A stretch of DNA of 64,000 nt, taken from IMG/VR virus record IMGVR_UViG_3300010998_000001, positions 27,477 to 91,476 of that record. One strand, 5' to 3'. How positions within the stretch are numbered: position 1 is the first letter of the stretch; the number at the start of each line of letters is the position of its first letter. The DNA comes from a virus (Duplodnaviria > Heunggongvirae > Uroviricota > Caudoviricetes). A program made the position numbers and the translations under genes. Below the pieces are notes generated by a model. That model did not search any database and had not been told where the DNA came from. It saw nothing but the letters and a program-made list of their open reading frames with translations. Of this stretch, positions 28,701-37,959 are shown piece by piece.

Positions 28701-31700
28701 CCATAACATAAGACTGACCGCGCTTGCCGCGTGTCTTTGCCACAACGTTATTACTGGTAGAAGTAATGACAACATAGCAATCAATATACATAGACATTGT
28801 TGCCGTGTTCGCGGGTTCAACACCATACCAGTTTGTAGGAGTGTTACCACGAACCATGATATTTTGAGAAGTGCAGAAGTCAGACACATACTTAGAAGCA
28901 TAGTAATAAGCATTGTAGGTCTTGACTTGCTCTCTCTGGTGAGTCTTACGTCCCGCCAGCATAGGGATATAGGTTTCAGTGCCATTGTCCTCATAAGGAC
29001 GCAGATACTTTCTCTGAGCATCAGCAACCCAAACTCGTTCGGGTCTAGTGGCTTGCCAATCGTCCATTTTCGCAAGGAAGTTCGCAGTATTAAAACAACC
29101 AGCACTCTCGCGGTTTCTGTACATTGTCTGACAAGCACCAAAAATTCCTCGGCAGAAAGTAATCCACGCCGCGTCATGTGCATTAAAGACATAGCTACTA
29201 CCAACAGTATCGTCGGTTTCTAGTCCATAAGTAAAGGATAAACCACCAACGTTGTCGTTGCCTAGGCCAGTATCGTTATCATAATCTTTGGATGGTTCCC
29301 AATGAACGAGATCGTCAGATGACCAGAAAGTGTTCTTAGCGACGTTATCCGTCATCAAGTAAGATTCAATGAATACAAAATGATAAATAACAGGGTCAAT
29401 AACCATGTATTCTTCGCAATGCGCGAGAAGATAAGCCATACGATACTCGTAACTGTCAGTAGTATAAGTTCCAGCGTAAGTATCAATAGAAGTTCCGGCA
29501 AGGACGCTATTGCCGTCAGCCGTCCAAGTCAATTCTGCGCCAGCCGTCCAGTTGTTACCATTGCTTGAATAAATACGATTATTCTCGTAGTTGATATAGT
29601 AATAGCAAGTAGCGCCAGAAGTGGTATCAGTAGTATACTCAGTTGCGGCATATCCGAAAGCATTAGGCAGACCATAACCATACAAATACACAACATTATA
29701 ATCATCATTATCATACGTAGATGTATCGTAAGTGCCGCTACCTTTGAATGTATAAGCGTCAAATGTCACAGACTCAGAAAGGGTATTTCCAGTGGCGAGA
29801 TTAGGATTGTGGTCATACATAAATGCAACGAATCTATCCCATGCTCTCTTAGCCTCAGTAGTCATATCTCCCACATAACGGAACTCATAAACCTTCTGCT
29901 CTTCGCCATCCTCTGTAATAACTGCCTCATCTTTACTATTCCAGTCATAGGTCTTTGAGGACATCAAACAGGGAAGAGAAGTGTTATTCGCAACTTCGAC
30001 ACAACAAGCAATCGGGTTAGAAGTATCATGGAACACTTTGGTATTCTTCTTGCTATTGCCGATGTCGCAGATTCCGTACATATGATAGCCAGTGGTATCT
30101 CCGAACAGTCCGCCGCTACGATCACGAATAAAGATAACACCTGGAACAAACTCAATCGTATCGCGGCATTTTGTGTTTTTCTTTCTGGCAGGGGAAGTCC
30201 AAGGCTGATATGTATTATACCAATCCGCAATAACAGCATTGTTGGCATTCTCGGAAGAAGCAACATTCAGTTTCACATTAAGATAGTCCACGGGAATAGA
30301 ATTATCTGTCATTGAATAGCCGGATGTGGAGCTTGTACCATCGTCAAATGCAATCGCGCCAGTAGTATAACTCTCATTATCGCTTGTGAATGTACGATTA
30401 TACTTAAAGTTAATATCCACATTACCAGCAGACTCAAGATAACCGACAGAAGAAGTACCCTGAATTGTCACACAAGCATTGTTCACAGTAAATGTCTTGC
30501 TAGTTCCGCCAGCATTATAAATGTGGCGCACAGTATAAGCCACAACATTATCCTTCTTACCAGTTGACATACGGTTAATATCCATAAGAAGAACGTGAAG
30601 GTCTGGATTAGCATTGGCTAATTTTGTGTAGTCAATTTCGCCGCTATCATTCAGAATATCATTCCGCTCATAACGTTCCACCATCTCATTTGCATTAGGC
30701 GCGTCCATAATAAAGTTGCTCAGTTCGTTTTCGTTAGTCATATATGTAGGATAAGCCTTAATCATATACACATAAACGTCGCAATAATCAGAGCCGATGG
30801 TGATACCAACAGGAGAGACTTGTTGCATAATATCATCCGCAGAATAGATGATTGTGCGATCATGCGAACCATCCATCCAGAATTGCAAATAGCGATATTC
30901 GGTATCAGGGTGAATGTTCAACTCAAACTCAATGTAGCTATCCTTGCAGTAGTGAGTATCAAGAGATTCGTTGGCAGTAGTAAGCACAGCATTATTCGCC
31001 GTCATAACCAGACCAACGCCATTGTTACCGTTGGCGGTATCAAGGCAAGTCAAAACAGGCGCGTCATAAGTACGGCAGTTTACGGCCTTGAAGATGAACT
31101 TAAAGTTTTTACCAAACTGCTTCGGGTCATACTTCTTGCCAAACAGATCATAGTTGATAGTCATGGTAGTACCAGCGCGAACAGCGAAGTATTGACGAAT
31201 GTGATTGTCCTCGTCATATTCGGTATGCAGACCACCGTTAATCCAGTCAAAGTTATTGCTGAAGGTCAGAGTGACAGGATCGCCAGCAACCGTTGTAACA
31301 CTCCAACTTTGCGCCGCACTATTCGTAGCCAGCTCAGAAGCCTTGAAACGGAAATCATATCCGGTTACCTCGGCTTCGTCAATATCGAGCTGCGTAACAG
31401 TAATCGTAAGAGTCTTAGTAGTTGCGCCGCAAGTGATAGTCAGCATCTTTTCACCATAAGTAGTAGGTGAATAGTTCCAGTAATGCACAGTACGATCAAC
31501 GCCAGTCCAAGTAGAAACAAGGTTTCCGTCCTCATACAGATACACAGTAGTTGAAGTGTTGCTAGGATCGTAAACAACAATAGGAATCTGCACGGTGTTA
31601 TACTGTGTCATTGTCCGCGTATTAAAGGAAGTCGCAATCACTGGCGCGGTTTCGCCACTTTCGACAAACACCATATCATGTGCCTGTTGCGCCGCTGTGA

Positions 31701-34134
31701 TTTCCACGCCATTAACAGTACCAACCATATAGCGCACAACAGAATGAGCGCCATGCTCCTGCATAGGAATAGTTAGAGCCTGTTGCACACCAGAACGTGT
31801 AGTAGTCGTGGCATTAAACAGATAACCAGTTCCGGCAACATACTGATTGGTGGTACTATTCCAGACATAATGGGCATAAGTGCCATGATCGGAGTCATAC
31901 ACAAAATAGTTGGCATTCGCGTCAAAATCATCGTCGGAAGAAGAAGGCAAAACTTCCACGATCACAGGATTGAAATTCAGCGGATCAACATCAATGAAGG
32001 TGTAAATCACTTTAGACAGGGCACCATAAGGAGTATAATAATCTGTTACGGCAGACGTATTTACTTGTGCATCATTATAGTTCCAAGTGAAATACATATT
32101 GATAGCGTTGACACTCCAAGTCTTAGTAGCAACACTATTGCTCTCACCGCCAGTATCAACACTCACGCTGATCTTAACGGTATTAGAGCCAACGACAAGA
32201 TGTTCACTAACATCAAGAGTGTTATTTCCCTGGTAAACATCAAAACCAGTTTCCACGGCCACGTTGTTAATATACAGAGTACCAACACCATTACCAACAG
32301 TATCACCGCTCGCATCCGTGGCAACAAATTCATACGCAATCACGCAAGGATCGCTATAAACTGTTTGCACGGAACTATCGGTAATGCGGTTGATATAAGC
32401 AGTACCAGAAGTAGCGCCGCCTCCGCCACCGCCACCAGGAACATAGCAAGCCAAATCTTCCAGCTCGTTATCATTGCTATCATAGAACCGAAGGTAATAA
32501 TCCTCATTCTCGTTATAGCGAACCGCGCCAATGTCAATACCAGTTTCCACGATAAAGGAAGTGGTAGAATCGTCCGCGTAAGTCACGGTGATAACATTGT
32601 TATTATTAGTAACATCCTTAACCATGTTGGACAGATTATTGAGCGCCGTTTGCATAGCAGAAATTGCACTCTCCGCCGCAGTAAGCCGTGTAATGATAGG
32701 ATCAATGGCCTCGTCAATAATGGCCTCCATCTCCGCAGTAGAAGAGCCGATAGGCACAAACTGATTATCAATGTAACGATAATGCACATAAGAGCCAGAG
32801 CCATCATTCAGATAGTAGTCTGTCAATTCACTGGCAGTTGTAAGCGTATCAACTTTTGCCCATGTCGTTCCGTTTGAACGGTACACGGTGAAATCAGTAA
32901 GATTTAAATAATACTTACCATTGTAACTTGCGGCATCATATCCGACTGTTGCGGGAAGGCCATAATCCTTAACATCAATTGTGTATGTGGTTGCGATTAC
33001 TTCTGAATTTGAGCCAGCAATCATATGCCACTCACCGTCAATGTACTTATAATATAGATAACCAGCGTCACTTTCCACAATATAGTCAATATCCTCTGAA
33101 GGATCATCCACATGATCTAGGGAGTCAACAATCACAGTAGAAGTAGAACCGAAGTTATCCCAAGTCTTATTGCCATTCTCATCAGTGATATACCACCACT
33201 TATCATATCCGTCGCCGCTATCTTTAGGAAGCAGATAGAAAGTACGATCTTCACCAACATCCGGCAGATAGTTCACGATCTCAATATAGAATGGGGAATA
33301 GGTAGAGAATGAAGCATCAGTATAGGATTTCGCCGCCGCATACAGACCACGAATAGCATTTCCTAAAGAAGTGAAATAAATATCTCCGTCTTGTGTGACG
33401 TTAGATACAGGAGCGCTATCATGTCTGTAGATGTAATACCCGTCCTCAACTTCCGCCTTCAGCCTATCAAGGTGTCCAGTAGAACCATTGTAGATCAAAG
33501 CATCCTGCGCTGTGGCAAAGTCGAATATGTCACGATTATATCCGTGGGTATCATAGACGCTCGGCTGCATAGCCGTATCAGCCTTGGCAAGAGTAGCCTC
33601 AAACGCCGCATTGACCTTGTTCCGCGTAATACTCCCATCCTCAATAGTCAGGTTGGCAAGAGTACCATCAGAAATATACTGTTCGAGCAAATCTTCCAGG
33701 CCATCCAGCAGATAAGAGATGTATTCACTATCGCTCAGACTAAGCACACTATTGACTTTTGCCACAAGCTGATCGTAAAGAGATTGAGTAATCTCTGTGC
33801 TTTGCGCGTCAGCAATAAGCATATTTTCATCAATAGTCAAAACAACCGCATTAGTAGTCGCCCTGGTTGTTCCGTCACTGGCGTACAGCAGGAGGGAGCA
33901 GTTGCCTTTAGTAATTTCAGGCGGCAAATAGCAACTATAATCCTGTGCCAGATAAACGTTGTATCCAGTGCCATTCTGAATGAATTGCGCAAAGATACTA
34001 CTGTATCCTAATGCCAGCCATTCATCAGGAAGGTTGAATACAAACTTCACAAAGTTCTGCGTCCCTTCCACAAAACTCCGTAAATTTGTTGCAATCTTTA
34101 ACTTTTGATTGACAACGTTAACTAGAATTTCCAT
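25756..34134 (-). CDS. giant multidomain tail/receptor-binding protein, DGR target
   Basis: BppU-like N-terminus, CotH-kinase-like segment (DNVAKN...W...YDNDTGLG.DN.G), LRR-like run, InlB-B/Flg_new-like repeats (FTGWD...VYAQW), LamG-like segment, and a C-terminal CLec-fold DUF6273-like domain (WWVRSP) carrying the VR. SD AGGAGG. Confidence 0.88.
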   Translation of the reverse strand: MEILVNVVNQKLKIATNLRSFVEGTQNFVKFVFNLPDEWLALGYSSIFAQFIQNGTGYNVYLAQDYSCYLPPEITKGNCSLLLYASDGTTRATTNAVVLTIDENMLIADAQSTEITQSLYDQLVAKVNSVLSLSDSEYISYLLDGLEDLLEQYISDGTLANLTIEDGSITRNKVNAAFEATLAKADTAMQPSVYDTHGYNRDIFDFATAQDALIYNGSTGHLDRLKAEVEDGYYIYRHDSAPVSNVTQDGDIYFTSLGNAIRGLYAAAKSYTDASFSTYSPFYIEIVNYLPDVGEDRTFYLLPKDSGDGYDKWWYITDENGNKTWDNFGSTSTVIVDSLDHVDDPSEDIDYIVESDAGYLYYKYIDGEWHMIAGSNSEVIATTYTIDVKDYGLPATVGYDAASYNGKYYLNLTDFTVYRSNGTTWAKVDTLTTASELTDYYLNDGSGSYVHYRYIDNQFVPIGSSTAEMEAIIDEAIDPIITRLTAAESAISAMQTALNNLSNMVKDVTNNNNVITVTYADDSTTSFIVETGIDIGAVRYNENEDYYLRFYDSNDNELEDLACYVPGGGGGGGATSGTAYINRITDSSVQTVYSDPCVIAYEFVATDASGDTVGNGVGTLYINNVAVETGFDVYQGNNTLDVSEHLVVGSNTVKISVSVDTGGESNSVATKTWSVNAINMYFTWNYNDAQVNTSAVTDYYTPYGALSKVIYTFIDVDPLNFNPVIVEVLPSSSDDDFDANANYFVYDSDHGTYAHYVWNSTTNQYVAGTGYLFNATTTTRSGVQQALTIPMQEHGAHSVVRYMVGTVNGVEITAAQQAHDMVFVESGETAPVIATSFNTRTMTQYNTVQIPIVVYDPSNTSTTVYLYEDGNLVSTWTGVDRTVHYWNYSPTTYGEKMLTITCGATTKTLTITVTQLDIDEAEVTGYDFRFKASELATNSAAQSWSVTTVAGDPVTLTFSNNFDWINGGLHTEYDEDNHIRQYFAVRAGTTMTINYDLFGKKYDPKQFGKNFKFIFKAVNCRTYDAPVLTCLDTANGNNGVGLVMTANNAVLTTANESLDTHYCKDSYIEFELNIHPDTEYRYLQFWMDGSHDRTIIYSADDIMQQVSPVGITIGSDYCDVYVYMIKAYPTYMTNENELSNFIMDAPNANEMVERYERNDILNDSGEIDYTKLANANPDLHVLLMDINRMSTGKKDNVVAYTVRHIYNAGGTSKTFTVNNACVTIQGTSSVGYLESAGNVDINFKYNRTFTSDNESYTTGAIAFDDGTSSTSGYSMTDNSIPVDYLNVKLNVASSENANNAVIADWYNTYQPWTSPARKKNTKCRDTIEFVPGVIFIRDRSGGLFGDTTGYHMYGICDIGNSKKNTKVFHDTSNPIACCVEVANNTSLPCLMSSKTYDWNSKDEAVITEDGEEQKVYEFRYVGDMTTEAKRAWDRFVAFMYDHNPNLATGNTLSESVTFDAYTFKGSGTYDTSTYDNDDYNVVYLYGYGLPNAFGYAATEYTTDTTSGATCYYYINYENNRIYSSNGNNWTAGAELTWTADGNSVLAGTSIDTYAGTYTTDSYEYRMAYLLAHCEEYMVIDPVIYHFVFIESYLMTDNVAKNTFWSSDDLVHWEPSKDYDNDTGLGNDNVGGLSFTYGLETDDTVGSSYVFNAHDAAWITFCRGIFGACQTMYRNRESAGCFNTANFLAKMDDWQATRPERVWVADAQRKYLRPYEDNGTETYIPMLAGRKTHQREQVKTYNAYYYASKYVSDFCTSQNIMVRGNTPTNWYGVEPANTATMSMYIDCYVVITSTSNNVVAKTRGKRGQSYVMDFTTVGQMSETELYFCSAPMITELSGLAHLYFKQNNFAMATNLQRLEIGSNVTGYTNPNLEGLTIGNSTMLEYLDVRNCPNATGALDLTGCLSLREVYLENTAFSGISFATNGLLETAHLPTPTTFAMRDLIYLTDLNIANISSLTQLVAENCEFADTAALTIGTTSTTQAIKDIILNLVESAPNLSRVRLLGIDWSLSDTDTLDDLLLMTGIGDDGYATAQSVLTGAAYTPTMRNSLLSEYNTAWPYLTITYDAMVTQYLATFMNGDGNPIYDKNGNPYTQWVDAGGVPYDPITMGYTITLSGAGTAEDNNYDAGNYDGVYYQNTTNGYIYLSDGTDWNFVDESDILLPTMAPTAQYVYTYTGWDNISSAITGPRTITAQYSTTTRTYTVIWYRTSGTVLETQTNIPYGSEAVYSGDTPTWTAGESSYIYRVFTGWDKSTGFVTGDIAVYAQWQVMNAAWPVAGTDMKDMTVAQIYGIAQSGQQSTYWEDKDYTDIILGHDYNFSNVSDIEIGPNQTVSILDGTGRTVTRTSDYILNGVTVDQYWSGGYYFDGSTAVTLDNIKLCENGGPAFTIAIDFDFANAAANSTLVSTFDGETTEGFRLYYNTAPTLQWGDKSVTVGNGARRDIVVIRHPEGSNYLYVYAFGANTNDSYANTITKTVLLRSAASNSDIGMTFGGVQYNSGYRYYGNGHIHWMKIWEADLGDDVAQKIATWPRELVRMEYWGAGKYYYYNSADTSKASFIANNCFRARGHYMNSTNTNSGGWMNCDMRVFCNGRLFDSLPQEWQSIIRAVEIKASAGSQSSTIWTSEDKVYLPSYREVGGSGNIYNDEIGTSDSPISWLTTNYARIKWRGRIRTSQATGTSSGTTNPDGCTMYVTDTDPAALNQKAMNPGDIWIHTGNSSIGYMFVPTNELTQYAITPAYTADSSYASGGWVQAYNWWVRSPNTSYSTNFMFVNNIGYPTNYYGASNANAVALGFSI
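25757..25907 (-). repeat. DGR variable repeat (VR)
   Basis: Last 50 codons of the 2792-aa gene (GGWVQAYNWWVRSP...NAVALGFSI*). Differs from TR almost only at adenines. Confidence 0.97.
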
Positions 34135-34157
34135 TAAATTTTCCTCCTAGAAAAACG

Positions 34158-34198
34158 AAAAAAATAGGGCAGTAGGAGTTTTAGACTCCCGCCGCCCT
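34158..34198 (-). terminator. intrinsic terminator after the lysis cassette
   Basis: AGGGC...GGAGT / ACTCC...GCCCT stem followed by a T7 tract on the - strand. Confidence 0.6.
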
Positions 34199-34207
34199 TT
34201 CTTAAAT

Positions 34208-34666
34208 TTATTCGTCAAGCTGTCCAATGATAGGAAGCTTGCGGACTTTAATCATTAGAGTTTTAAGGTAACCATTGCCGTGGAACACATCTTGGTATTC
34301 CTCGTACATTTCTTCTAGGGAACGGAGCTTTCCCGCAGATATACAATTCGCGGCAATGGCATCATCACAAGTATGTGCAATCGAATATCGTATCTGCTTA
34401 AAATTGACTTCCTTTTGTTCCTCTAATGATTGTGTAATTTTTTTGAGGGAGTCATTTATCTCCGAAAGAGTAGCATCGTGCGCTTTCAGAGTTTCTTCAA
34501 GATTCTCATTCTTTTCTTGGTACTCCTTATACTTCGTGAACCCCTTGTATAACTTTGTCACGCCAGCAACAATCGCCGTAGCAATAGCGATAATTACAAT
34601 TCCCCAACTAACTAATGTACCAACAGGGAGCTGCGCGAGCAATCCCCATACGGCTTGTGTGTCCAC
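34208..34666 (-). CDS. holin-like single-TM membrane protein with coiled coil
   Basis: One N-terminal TM, a coiled coil, and a C-terminal Y...HGNG motif typical of this lysis-cassette family. Confidence 0.6.
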   Translation of the reverse strand: MDTQAVWGLLAQLPVGTLVSWGIVIIAIATAIVAGVTKLYKGFTKYKEYQEKNENLEETLKAHDATLSEINDSLKKITQSLEEQKEVNFKQIRYSIAHTCDDAIAANCISAGKLRSLEEMYEEYQDVFHGNGYLKTLMIKVRKLPIIGQLDE

Positions 34667-34683
34667 TGTATTATCCTCCTATC

Positions 34684-36417
34684 TTATGCGACAAGCGCGT
34701 TCCATGTATTTTTGCCGACAATGCCATCGACAGTTAATCCTTTTGCCTTCTGGAATTTCTTCACGGCGGCAAGGGTCTTTGCTCCAAATATGCCATCAAC
34801 AGTACCACAGTTATATCCAAGAGAATTAAGAGTAGTCTGCAATGTTTTGACGTATGTGCCGCTAGAACCATTACGCAAAGTAGGATAACCAGATGCAACC
34901 TTAGAAGTAGAAACAGTTGAAGTATTCTTAACCGCAGAGCTGCTATTCAGAGCTTTCCATGTATTAGGCCCAACAATGCCGTCAACTTCGAGATTATTCT
35001 TTTGCTGGAACAGCTTCACAGCCGCCAGTGTTGCCGCGCCAAAATCGCCATCAACACCAGAAGAACCGCAAGAATACCCGAGCTCAATCAACCTAGTTTG
35101 AAGTTTCTTAACATAGGTGGAATTACTAGAGCCAGAACGTAAAGTAGGATAATCGGAAGATGTAGAGTTGGAAGTATTATTAGTCGGCGCAATACTAGTA
35201 GGAGGCAGAGTTGTTAAGCTACCATATTTAGGGATAGCAAATCCGCGCAGATAACGCCCATTGACTTGAATCTGTCGTACCTTAACACTGTCACTGTAAT
35301 TTCCTTCTATGACATAAATGGTTGTACCAACAACCTTTTGAACTATGCCAATATGATCTGCGCCGCCAGTATTATCAGTGCTTGCATAATTAGAACCATC
35401 GTCCCAATCATAAAGAGCAATATCACCAGCAGTAGGAATGTAATTCTCGTTCTCGTGCCAAATGCCTAGTTCTTTACATAGATCAATATAGCGCCCACAT
35501 CCACATTCACGAGGGATGATCGTATCTGCCAGTTTAGCAACAATAGCCATAGCAGAAACGTATGTGGCGCACCATGCGTCGCTATACGTAACCTTGTATC
35601 CAACTGGCAGAGGCGTTTCCCCATTGTAAATATCAATGATTTTCTTATGCGAACCATCGGCCTCGTTATAACCCAGATATTGCTCGCAAATGCTAACAAA
35701 GTATGCTCTCCACGCGGCTTCAATTTCCGCAGCCGTAGAAGTCTTTGATGCACTATTGTCCTCAGTCTTTGTTTCCGCGCCAAGCTTATTTAATCCAGCG
35801 GCCTTAATTACAGCAGGATAATCCTTATAAGCATAGTTCATATCAAAGTTGCCAGAGCAATCGCTGATTGTCCCCTCGCTTGAATACTGCCAAAGCCCAC
35901 ACTCAATAGAATGAGACTTAGACCACTGAGCAAGCCATAGATCGTATTTGCCAGTCAGAGAAGAGAATCCCTTATTCAGATAGTCAATATTTGTATAGTT
36001 GGCAGGGAAGTAGCCGCGCTCTTTCACCCGCGCCATAAACGCATCCCCCATCTGAGTAATCAAAGCATTGGTTGGAGTTGCGCCATTCTTCACCGCATTG
36101 TTATAGCTATCGTACTCATAGTCAAAACAAATAGGATAGGTGAACTGTACGCCAGTAGATTCAATTGCATTGCAGATATAATCAGCCTCCGCCTTTGCTT
36201 CTGCAACAGTGAGAGCATAGCTAAACCAATACGCGCCAATTGCCACGCCAGCGGCGCTGGCGTTTTTCGCGTTATTGATAAAGGTATTATCAATGTGGTT
36301 TTTACCATACCCGGCGCGAAGGATAGCAAAATCAATTCCAGCAGCCTTGATCTTCGACCAGTTCAATGAACCATTCCAGGTAGAAACGTCAATGCCTTTT
36401 GCTAAAATTTCGCCCAT
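34684..36417 (-). CDS. modular endolysin: GH25 muramidase + CHAP + two PG_binding_1 domains
   Basis: KGIDVS.WNG, FDYE, DMN (GH25). WCATYVS...HIGIV...EGN (CHAP). Two copies of PTLR.GS...VK.LQ..L..LGY..G.VDG.FG. Start at ATG 36417 with an AAAGGAG SD. Confidence 0.92.
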   Translation of the reverse strand: MGEILAKGIDVSTWNGSLNWSKIKAAGIDFAILRAGYGKNHIDNTFINNAKNASAAGVAIGAYWFSYALTVAEAKAEADYICNAIESTGVQFTYPICFDYEYDSYNNAVKNGATPTNALITQMGDAFMARVKERGYFPANYTNIDYLNKGFSSLTGKYDLWLAQWSKSHSIECGLWQYSSEGTISDCSGNFDMNYAYKDYPAVIKAAGLNKLGAETKTEDNSASKTSTAAEIEAAWRAYFVSICEQYLGYNEADGSHKKIIDIYNGETPLPVGYKVTYSDAWCATYVSAMAIVAKLADTIIPRECGCGRYIDLCKELGIWHENENYIPTAGDIALYDWDDGSNYASTDNTGGADHIGIVQKVVGTTIYVIEGNYSDSVKVRQIQVNGRYLRGFAIPKYGSLTTLPPTSIAPTNNTSNSTSSDYPTLRSGSSNSTYVKKLQTRLIELGYSCGSSGVDGDFGAATLAAVKLFQQKNNLEVDGIVGPNTWKALNSSSAVKNTSTVSTSKVASGYPTLRNGSSGTYVKTLQTTLNSLGYNCGTVDGIFGAKTLAAVKKFQKAKGLTVDGIVGKNTWNALVA

Positions 36418-36493
36418 TGTTTCGCTCCTTTCTATAAAATATAAAAGCGACGCTTTCACGCCGCCCCTTGTCATATGTCAAGTAGTTTGACAA

Positions 36494-36892
36494 TTATTCA
36501 GCCGCAGTTTCCTCGGCCTTCGGTTGTTCCGCAACAATCTTGCGGAGAGATTTCAAAGACTCATTAATTGTATCGTCAATAAATGATATAATAGACTCTT
36601 GGTCTGTAACTTTCGCCAGCACAGGATATTCAGCGAAAATCTTCTGGATAACCTGGGAACGCTTAATGCTTCCAGCTTTCGTCCATGTTTCATAATCTAC
36701 TTCTGCATCTGTAATCCATTTTAGCATAGACTCTTTGATTTGAGATTTCGCGGCCTCGACACGTTCCGCTTTGGTCTTCTTCATATAAGACTTAATCTTC
36801 TCCCAAAGAGCAACCGCCAGACCAATGATAATAATAATCGAACTCCAATTATCATTCAAAAATTGGAGTGTGTTTTGAATACCAGTCAACAT
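36494..36892 (-). CDS. holin (LL-H-like)
   Basis: One N-terminal TM, AE..Y......G..KRSQVI motif, adjacent to the endolysin. Confidence 0.65.
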   Translation of the reverse strand: MLTGIQNTLQFLNDNWSSIIIIIGLAVALWEKIKSYMKKTKAERVEAAKSQIKESMLKWITDAEVDYETWTKAGSIKRSQVIQKIFAEYPVLAKVTDQESIISFIDDTINESLKSLRKIVAEQPKAEETAAE

Positions 36893-36907
36893 CTTGATAT
36901 TCCTCCA

Positions 36908-37378
36908 TTATAAAATTGTACTTTCATTGGCGGTAACTCCGGCAGCAATAATCGCCGCCAAAGTGTCACCATTGATAGACGAATTATTATTCTCGTCATC
37001 TAATTCATCGTCTGTGACTTTGCCCATGCGCATACTCATTTTGTCGCGCTCAAGAATATTCTTTTCTTGTTCTTTTTTTCCGTGAAATGCTTTTAGACAG
37101 TAGATAGCGTAGACTAACACTTGCGCCGCAATATCAGAGATCAACACGCCAAGATATGATAAATCAGAAAAATGCCACATGGCAACTAACGCATACGCCA
37201 CAATAACATTAAGAAGAAGGAACAAGTAAATGGCAATCATCTTACTCGTTTCCTTCTTCTTAGGAGTCTCATATTTGGCACGTTCTTGTTTCAATTCATT
37301 GATACGTTGCGCTTGTTTGTTACGCTCTCTAATCTTTCGTAATTTACGGTAATATCGAGCGTCGGTCATGGCTATCAC
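36908..37378 (-). CDS. two-TM membrane protein of the lysis cassette
   Basis: Basic N-terminus, two hydrophobic segments, Y..K...EK motif. Confidence 0.65.
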   Translation of the reverse strand: MIAMTDARYYRKLRKIRERNKQAQRINELKQERAKYETPKKKETSKMIAIYLFLLLNVIVAYALVAMWHFSDLSYLGVLISDIAAQVLVYAIYCLKAFHGKKEQEKNILERDKMSMRMGKVTDDELDDENNNSSINGDTLAAIIAAGVTANESTIL

Positions 37379-37569
37379 CGCCTATGAGGATGTTTCTTTT
37401 CAAAATAGTCTAGGATATTACAAGCTAGCTGTGCAGCTTCGCCGCGAGTCAGAGGCTCATTAGGGCGGAAATTGCCCTTATCGTCGCCAATCATAATTCC
37501 TAGCTCAGAGACACGTTTGATTGCCTCACCATACCACCGCGTATAATCCACATCGGGAAAAGTTTTCAT
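37375..37569 (-). CDS. stand-alone S-layer homology (SLH) domain protein
   Basis: FPDV...WYGEAI.....LGIM.G...GNFRPNEPLTRGEAA. Start at MKTFPDV. Confidence 0.85.
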   Translation of the reverse strand: MKTFPDVDYTRWYGEAIKRVSELGIMIGDDKGNFRPNEPLTRGEAAQLACNILDYFEKKHPHRR

Positions 37570-37570
37570 A

Positions 37571-37945
37571 TCAACTACCTTCTTTCTGTTTTTCGTTTTC
37601 ATCTTCAATCATCCATTCCAATACAAACATTTGCTGAGAAGTCAATGTGCCAGAAATAAATGTTTCCTCGTTTACTCGCATGATGGGAATATCACATTCG
37701 ATTTCGCCATATGGTTTCAATTCATCGACAAAATCTGCGAATTTATCATTATCAATAGTAAACCTACCATCTGGCAAAACCTCACCATATTTTCTAGCAA
37801 GAGTTTCGCGCATTTCACAAAACTCTGTGAGTTCATCTAAGAATTTGCGGCGATTTTTCGCAATAGCAAATCCGAGTTTTCCTTTTTCATTTGCTTCCGA
37901 TAAAACTTCTAGGCTGTTAAAAGCCTCTGAATTTTTAAAAACCAT
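37571..37945 (-). CDS. hypothetical protein
   Basis: 124-aa ORF between the tail hub and the lysis genes. Confidence 0.7.
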   Translation of the reverse strand: MVFKNSEAFNSLEVLSEANEKGKLGFAIAKNRRKFLDELTEFCEMRETLARKYGEVLPDGRFTIDNDKFADFVDELKPYGEIECDIPIMRVNEETFISGTLTSQQMFVLEWMIEDENEKQKEGS

Positions 37946-37959
37946 TATTATACTCCTAT

